A stretch of DNA of 32,000 nt from Ferroglobus placidus DSM 10642 (lineage in GTDB: Archaea; Halobacteriota; Archaeoglobi; Archaeoglobales; Archaeoglobaceae). The translations under genes and the position numbers were made by a program. The DNA lies in contig NC_013849.1 in assembly GCF_000025505.1 (NCBI RefSeq), positions 270,001 to 302,000 on the forward strand, read 5' to 3'. Below, piece after piece: positions 26,505 through 32,000 of this stretch (position 1 is the first letter of the stretch; each line of letters opens with the position of its first letter). The notes under the pieces were generated by a model. It made no database searches and was not told where the DNA came from. It saw only the letters and a list, made by a program, of their open reading frames with translations.

Positions 26505-27740
26505 TTACTCTACCTCCACGCTCAGCGTGAAACTCTCGCAGCTCGGCAGAATTTCAACCTTCCAGTTTCCGCTTTCTGGATTCTCTATCGTGTAAATTTC
26601 TGTCTTTCTGTAACTCGTGACCGTGTATATCCCTTCAGCCTCCTCCCACGGCGGGAGCTTGCTTTCCGATAGAGTGACCCCTACCTCCTCAACGAGCTTG
26701 CTCGGCTTCACGCTCAAAACACCACTCGGCGAGAACATTTTCACGTCGAAGTCGCAGGATTTCTCCGCAGATCTTCCGTAGCTGCTAGCGGAAATCTTGA
26801 CCGTAACTTTCGTGGCGTTATCGACTCGAAAGACCTTTACGAACGGCTCGCTCGGTTTCTCGTAGACTCTTAGGTTTAGCTCGACTCTCTGCAACCACTC
26901 ATCCAGCCCGGGATCTTCGACGTTGAGCTTTATTGTTCCCCTCAGCACGCCCTTTGCTGTTGATGGAACGCTCACCTTCACCTTCACGACAGCCTTCGAC
27001 TGAGGCTGTATCACGGAGGGAGCTTCTATGGTTACGTGGCTTTCGTCCATCCAGCTGACCGGAGAGAACGGGTCGTAGTAAACCTCTTCACCCTTAAAGA
27101 GCTCGGGATCCATCTTCACAGGCTCATCTCCCGTATTTTCAACGTAAATTCTGTACTCGTAACTCCCGCCAGCTTCAACTCTGTCGTCGATGAACCTCGG
27201 GTAAATTTTGACCTTCGGCGGTATCCAGACGTTCACACTCAGGCTCATCTGGTTCACGTAGAAGGGTTTGGCTGAGTAGGGCATCGGAAACGTGTCGTTC
27301 GTGAATGCTATTATGCAGTTGTAGTAACCCTTTTCTGCATCCTCAGGCACCTTCACCGTCACTTTGATCTCCGCCTTCTCCTCAGCCTTTAAAACGAACT
27401 TGCCTTTGTCGAAGCTCACCCAACTCTCATCTACTACGTTTTCGAAGAACGGAAACGTCACGATCCTCGGCTCCACAGCTACATCTCTATTGTTGGGATT
27501 CTTCAGCTTCACTGTAAACGTTTTCTCGTCTCCCGGCGTTAAGCGGAGGTGCTTGTACCTTGGCTCGATAACTATTCTCGTCACGTTCTCGTACATTTTT
27601 TCGATGTCTACTTTTTCCACTGGAATCGGTGCTGGAGGTGGGACCGACACAACTTTAACTTCCTCAACCACCTTAGCCGAACTTCCCGCCGCCACCCCGA
27701 GGAGGAGTAAAACGAGCATCGAAGCCAGCGTTTTGTTCAT
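26505..27740 (-). CDS. Surface protein with Ig-like/COG1470-type domains and signal peptide
   Basis: Start at MNKTLASMLVLLLLGVAAGSSA (27740) preceded by GAGGTGAG; repeated beta-sandwich motifs such as TVKLKNPNNRDVAVEPRIV and YRIYVENTGDEPVKMDPELF. Confidence 0.8.
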   Translation of the reverse strand: MNKTLASMLVLLLLGVAAGSSAKVVEEVKVVSVPPPAPIPVEKVDIEKMYENVTRIVIEPRYKHLRLTPGDEKTFTVKLKNPNNRDVAVEPRIVTFPFFENVVDESWVSFDKGKFVLKAEEKAEIKVTVKVPEDAEKGYYNCIIAFTNDTFPMPYSAKPFYVNQMSLSVNVWIPPKVKIYPRFIDDRVEAGGSYEYRIYVENTGDEPVKMDPELFKGEEVYYDPFSPVSWMDESHVTIEAPSVIQPQSKAVVKVKVSVPSTAKGVLRGTIKLNVEDPGLDEWLQRVELNLRVYEKPSEPFVKVFRVDNATKVTVKISASSYGRSAEKSCDFDVKMFSPSGVLSVKPSKLVEEVGVTLSESKLPPWEEAEGIYTVTSYRKTEIYTIENPESGNWKVEILPSCESFTLSVEVE

Positions 27741-28077
27741 TCGACTCACCTCTTCCAACTTTATCCAGTTAGATATATAACTTTTCTGACCATATCTTGA
27801 GATTATTTTTATTACTTTATTTTTCTTATTGTTTTATATTTTCAGGAACGGATAGTTTGGATTTCTCAAACAAACAAATTTTTGCGCTAAGTAAACTAAA
27901 ACTTAGCGATATTGTTCGGTAAAAACCTAACAATTTTTAGGATATCCTAAAATGTTATTTTTAATGTTATATTATGGGTTGAGATGTCGGTTATCAAACA
28001 AGTTTTTATTTCAGAGCTCGAAATTCTATATGCCGATGATGACCCCTCCCCTAGCTGAAGAGTGATGAATTTGCCGA

Positions 28078-28233
28078 TTACTGAGGTTTGAAAAATCCAC
28101 AGCTTTTAAACCTCAATTTTCCCTTCCTAAAATCTTCGATCCAGTTCGGAAACGTCTTCGATATCTTGTTTTCGAAGTACGCGCAGCTGTAGTTGTCGAG
28201 CTTTTTGTAATTCTTACAATTCAGACAGCTCAT
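28078..28233 (-). CDS. 51-aa Cys-containing small protein (not in the ORF track)
   Basis: MSCLNCKNYKKLDNYSCAYFENKISKTFPNWIEDFRKGKLRFKSCGFFKPQ*; CxxC plus two further Cys, possible metal site. Confidence 0.6.
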   Translation of the reverse strand: MSCLNCKNYKKLDNYSCAYFENKISKTFPNWIEDFRKGKLRFKSCGFFKPQ

Positions 28234-28307
28234 GAAGTCAAATTAACTTGATATTATTTAAAACTTTCTGGAGTAGGTGATTTATACTTCTTTGCAGACT
28301 TTGAATC

Positions 28308-29339
28308 ATGCTCGTCTTCACCCTCGACGTCGGATCGAGAACGCAAGACTTCATGCTTTTCGACTCGAAGGAAAATCCGAGAAACTTTGTTAGGGCTATT
28401 TTGCCCTCTCCTACAGTTATACTCGGTAGAAAGATAAGGAGGCTTGCGGAGGAAGGAAGGGATGTGTTTTTAACCGGATACACGATGGGTGGTGGAGAGG
28501 TTTCTCAGGCAGTTAAGGAGGCTGTGAGAAAGGTTAACGTTTACGCAACGGAAAGAGCCGCTTTAACGATAAACGACGATCTGGAAAAAGTGAAGAAGAT
28601 CGGAGTTAAAATAACTGAGAGCGGTAAGGGTGAGAAGGTTGTCCTCAAAGACGTTTTCCTCGAAAGCTACGAAAAATTCCTCGAAAGCTTCTCCCTACAA
28701 TTACCAGAGACTATTGCTATAGCAGTTCAAGACCACGGTTACTCTCCAAAGCTAAGTAACAGAGTTTTCAGATTCCAAAAGGTTGAGGAACTTTTGAAAA
28801 AGAACGGAACTATCTATTCCCTAATTTTCGACGAGAGATCGGTTCCGGAATACTTTAACAGGATGAAAAGTGTTGTTGAGAGTGTTAAAGATTACGGTAA
28901 GAATACTGGGAGAGATTTTAAAGTTTACGTTGCCGACACGTCTTTTGCAGCTGTTGCTGGATGCATGCTTGCGGCAAATAACTTTCCAGCTTTGCTCATA
29001 AATTTTGGAAACAGCCACACGGTTGGAGCGGTTGTTGACAAAAGCGGAGAGGTTTACAGCATATTCGAGCATCACACGAGAATTCTTATGAACGCAGACT
29101 TCCACGAGTTCCTCAAGAGGTTCGTGGAGGGTGAGATCACAAACGAAGACGTTTTAGAGCAAGGAGGGCACGGAGCTTTTGTTAAGGAGGTGGTAGATGT
29201 TAGAGAAATCCTCGCCACCGGGCCTAACGCTAAACTTTTCGGATTTAAGGAAGTGGCACCTCTTGGAGACGTTATGACCGTTGGAAATGCGGGACTCGTT
29301 AAAATGCTAAGCGAAAATGAAGACTTGGCAGGAATTTGA
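28308..29339 (+). CDS. COG4012/DUF1786-like protein (actin-fold/ASKHA-like)
   Basis: MLVFTLDVGSRTQDFMLFDSKENPRNFVRAILPSPTVILGRKIRR, AIAVQDHGYSP, LLINFGNSHTVGAVVDKSGEVYSIFEHHT. Confidence 0.85.
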   Translation: MLVFTLDVGSRTQDFMLFDSKENPRNFVRAILPSPTVILGRKIRRLAEEGRDVFLTGYTMGGGEVSQAVKEAVRKVNVYATERAALTINDDLEKVKKIGVKITESGKGEKVVLKDVFLESYEKFLESFSLQLPETIAIAVQDHGYSPKLSNRVFRFQKVEELLKKNGTIYSLIFDERSVPEYFNRMKSVVESVKDYGKNTGRDFKVYVADTSFAAVAGCMLAANNFPALLINFGNSHTVGAVVDKSGEVYSIFEHHTRILMNADFHEFLKRFVEGEITNEDVLEQGGHGAFVKEVVDVREILATGPNAKLFGFKEVAPLGDVMTVGNAGLVKMLSENEDLAGI

Positions 29340-29706
29340 GGAAGAAATATTGAAGATTTTCGAAGAGCACGGATTTAAATCCAAAAGGAGGTTTATTTTC
29401 AGGGATGAGATTGGAAGAGGGGAAATCGACATTCTGGCTGAGCGCTTCGGGATAATTTTGGCGGTGGATGCTAAAAGGTACACTGAAGGCTGGTACAGAC
29501 TTTCAGCTTTAAAAAGAGAGGCGAAAAAGCATGCGGAGAGGTGCAGAAGGCTTGAAAAGGTTATCGGCAGAAAAGTGATTCCGGTAATAGTACCCCTCAT
29601 AGACGATCGGGTTTACTTTCACCATTCCTTCATCGTGCCTTTCGTATCCCTCAACGATTTTCTGCTCAATCTTCATTACTACTTGGCTGAATTCGGGTTT
29701 GAGTAG
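29317..29706 (+). CDS. PD-(D/E)XK nuclease-like (Mrr/restriction endonuclease-like) protein
   Basis: WQEFEEEILKIFEEHGFKSKRR...GRGEIDILAERFGIILAVDAKRYTEGW contains the ExD...DAK nuclease core; overlaps the upstream gene by 23 nt. Confidence 0.75.
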   Translation: MKTWQEFEEEILKIFEEHGFKSKRRFIFRDEIGRGEIDILAERFGIILAVDAKRYTEGWYRLSALKREAKKHAERCRRLEKVIGRKVIPVIVPLIDDRVYFHHSFIVPFVSLNDFLLNLHYYLAEFGFE

Positions 29707-29736
29707 GACAATCTTTTAAAATTAATTCTGGATAAT

Positions 29737-31113
29737 TTGGTCATGCTTAGGGAAATTGTCGAGGAAATCGAGAAAATCGTGGGAAAGGAGGGCATCGCTA
29801 AAAACGTTGAAGACTACCTTTACGACGAAACTCCGAAAAGAGTTAGACCGAAGGCTGCTGAAGATGTCGTGGTTGTTAAGCCGAAGAGAAGCGAAGAAGT
29901 TTCGAAAATTCTTAAGCTTGCGAACGAGAAAAAGGTGCCGGTGGTTGTTAGAGGGGGAGGAACCGGACTAAGCGGAGGAGCGATTCCCCTTTCCCCGGGG
30001 ATTGTTCTTTCGATGGAAAGAATGAACAAGCTTGAAATCGACACGGAAAATCTTGTGGCTGTTTGCGAAGCGGGAGTAACTTTGAGACAGCTCCTTGAAG
30101 AAATTGACAAAATACCGGGCTTGTCCTTCCCTCCTCACCCGGGGCACGAAGGGGCTCAAATCGGAGGACTTGTAGCAAACAACGCCGGGGGTGCGAGGGC
30201 TGTTAAATACGGCATTATGAGAAACTACGTTCTTGGAATGGAAGTCGTTCTCCCCAGCGGAGAGATTCTGAATCTCGGAGGGAAAGTTATCAAGAACGTA
30301 ACAGGCTACGACCTCATGCATCTGCTCATCGGTAGCGAGGGGACGTTAGCTGTGATAACGAAAGTCGTCCTTAAGCTTATTCCAGAGCCGGGAGGAACTT
30401 ACACCCTCGTCGTTCCATTTGAAAGAACGGAAGACGCTATAAAAACTGTTCCACAAATACTGAGGAGCGGAATTGTTCCGCTTGCCATTGAGTACATGGA
30501 TGTGGAGGCTGTGAAAGCTGGAGAAGCAGTTACCGGGAAGAGATGGCCCTACGAAGGAGGTGAAGCGCACCTCATGATTATAGTCGAAGGCAGAGATGAG
30601 GACGAACTTTTGAAAGTTTCGGAGGATATAGAAAAGCTTGCGAAGAAAAATAACGCCATAGACGTTTTCGTCGGAGTTAGCAGAAAAGAGCAGAGGGATC
30701 TTCTCGACATCAGAAGCCTGATATACGAGGGGATGAGAGATGTCACAGTCGACCTTCTCGACGTTTCCGTTCCCATAGCTTCCATTCCCGAATACGTTAC
30801 GAAATGCAAAAAGTTCGCTGAAGAGGTTGGAATAAAAGTTCTCCACTACGGTCATGCCGGAGATGGGAATGTCCATCAGCACATCCTCGAAGTAGATGAT
30901 TGGGAGGAGAAGTATCCGAAGTTCAAGAACTACGCTTTCGGCTTGGTAAAAAAGCTTGGAGGATACATAACTGCCGAGCACGGAGTTGGAGTTGTGAAAA
31001 AGGAAGACATGTACTCAACTCTTCCTCAAAAAGCTGTAGAGCTTATGAAAGAGATCAAGAGGATTTTCGATCCGAACAACATCCTGAATCCGGGAAAAGT
31101 TGTCGACGTCTGA
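29737..31113 (+). CDS. FAD-binding oxidoreductase, GlcD/D-lactate dehydrogenase-like
   Basis: VPVVVRGGGTGLSGGAIPLSPGIVLSMERMN, GLVANNAGGARAVKYGIMRNYVLGMEVVLPSGEIL, HYGHAGDGNVHQHIL, TAEHGVGVVKK...FDPNNILNPGKV. Confidence 0.96.
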   Translation: MVMLREIVEEIEKIVGKEGIAKNVEDYLYDETPKRVRPKAAEDVVVVKPKRSEEVSKILKLANEKKVPVVVRGGGTGLSGGAIPLSPGIVLSMERMNKLEIDTENLVAVCEAGVTLRQLLEEIDKIPGLSFPPHPGHEGAQIGGLVANNAGGARAVKYGIMRNYVLGMEVVLPSGEILNLGGKVIKNVTGYDLMHLLIGSEGTLAVITKVVLKLIPEPGGTYTLVVPFERTEDAIKTVPQILRSGIVPLAIEYMDVEAVKAGEAVTGKRWPYEGGEAHLMIIVEGRDEDELLKVSEDIEKLAKKNNAIDVFVGVSRKEQRDLLDIRSLIYEGMRDVTVDLLDVSVPIASIPEYVTKCKKFAEEVGIKVLHYGHAGDGNVHQHILEVDDWEEKYPKFKNYAFGLVKKLGGYITAEHGVGVVKKEDMYSTLPQKAVELMKEIKRIFDPNNILNPGKVVDV

Positions 31114-31155
31114 TTTCAGCAACTATTTTATATTCTCAGTATTAAAATTTTAAAC

Positions 31156-31386
31156 ATGGTTATCGGCGTGACGATGGTAAACGTTTCTCCGGGAAGCGAA
31201 AAGAGCGTCTACATGAAGATAAAGGAGATGAAGAACGTTAGGGATGTGTACCACGTTTTCGGAGAATTCGACTTCGTGGTGATAATTGAAGCTCCGAGTC
31301 TGGCTGAGTTGAACAAGACTGTAGATAGCATAAGGGCTATCGAAGGAGTTACGAAGACTCAAACGGTGGTAGGAGCTGAGATATGA
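31156..31386 (+). CDS. Lrp/AsnC ligand-binding (RAM-type) domain protein
   Basis: [75 protein letters not shown]; stand-alone RAM domain without HTH. Confidence 0.88.
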   Translation: MVIGVTMVNVSPGSEKSVYMKIKEMKNVRDVYHVFGEFDFVVIIEAPSLAELNKTVDSIRAIEGVTKTQTVVGAEI

Positions 31387-32000
31387 AGCAGAAGGAGATA
31401 AGCGTAGCGGAGTTTTTCGAGAAGAACAAGCACATTCTTGGCTACTCCAATCCGGCAAAAGCTCTCATCACCTGCGTTAAAGAAGCGGTGGACAACTCGT
31501 TAGATGCTTGCGAGGAAGCGGGAATTCTCCCTGACATCCTCGTTAAAATCTTTAGAGTTGGAAAGAACTACAGAATTATAGTGGAAGATAACGGACCGGG
31601 AATAGAGAAGGAAGAGATTCCCAAAGTTTTCGGAAAGCTTCTTTACGGCTCGAGATTTCACACGATAAAGCAGAGCAGAGGTCAGCAGGGGATAGGCATC
31701 TCGTCAGCCGTACTCTACGCTCAAATCTCTACAGGAAAACCGGCGAAGATTTTATCCAAGGTAGAAGGAGATGAGGCTTACGAGATCGAACTTTTCATAA
31801 ACACGAAGAAGAACGAGCCGGAAATAGTTTCCGAGAAGAAAGTGGAGTGGTACGCTCCTCATGGCACGAGGATTGAGCTCGAAATCGTTGGAAGCTACGT
31901 GAAAGAGAAGAGGCAGAGCGTTTACGAGTATTTGAGGCAAACGTCCATAGTGAATCCTCACGCAAAAATAACGCTCATAGAGCCTGACGGCACGATTCAC
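31383..32000 (+). CDS. top6B: DNA topoisomerase VI subunit B, 3' truncated by window
   Basis: [93 protein letters not shown]; starts by ATGA overlap with the preceding gene. Absent from the track because it has no stop in the window. Confidence 0.98.
   Translation, partial: MKQKEISVAEFFEKNKHILGYSNPAKALITCVKEAVDNSLDACEEAGILPDILVKIFRVGKNYRIIVEDNGPGIEKEEIPKVFGKLLYGSRFHTIKQSRGQQGIGISSAVLYAQISTGKPAKILSKVEGDEAYEIELFINTKKNEPEIVSEKKVEWYAPHGTRIELEIVGSYVKEKRQSVYEYLRQTSIVNPHAKITLIEPDGTIH

Overview
This 32 kb window is consistent with a hyperthermophilic archaeon of the Archaeoglobales; the nitrate respiration genes suggest something Ferroglobus-like, but that is an inference. Order along the window: (1) end of a respiratory nitrate reductase operon, narH (5'-truncated by the window edge)-narJ-narI, plus a narK-type transporter, on +. 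(2) A CRISPR array with ten 23-nt repeats and no cas genes in the window. (3) A tightly packed minus-strand operon: biotin carboxylase, small HTH regulator, purE, purC, carA, carB, larB. (4) A protein with three tandem related modules (DUF22-like), converging on a minus-strand set of membrane protein, CxC-containing ArsR-type regulator and DEAD-box helicase. (5) A minus-strand accessory cluster: LolA-like lipoprotein, membrane protein, an unannotated 57-aa hydrophobic peptide, and a radical SAM/SPASM enzyme, joined by 4-nt or 32-nt gene overlaps. (6) A decayed region with a transposase remnant, Cys-rich micro-ORFs and broken reading frames. (7) A second radical SAM/SPASM enzyme tightly linked to a lipoprotein and a large surface protein. 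(8) Conserved genes at the right edge: COG4012/DUF1786-like, nuclease-like, GlcD-like oxidoreductase, Lrp/AsnC ligand-binding domain and topoisomerase VI subunit B (truncated). The main candidate for an undescribed system is the 57-aa peptide (19222..19395, minus), missing from the supplied ORF track and encoded between a membrane protein and a radical SAM/SPASM gene. The second candidate is a Cys-rich, bacteriocin-like pair of micro-ORFs (22637..22824, minus) next to a small membrane protein gene and an IS remnant. All identifications are by eye; no database search was run.
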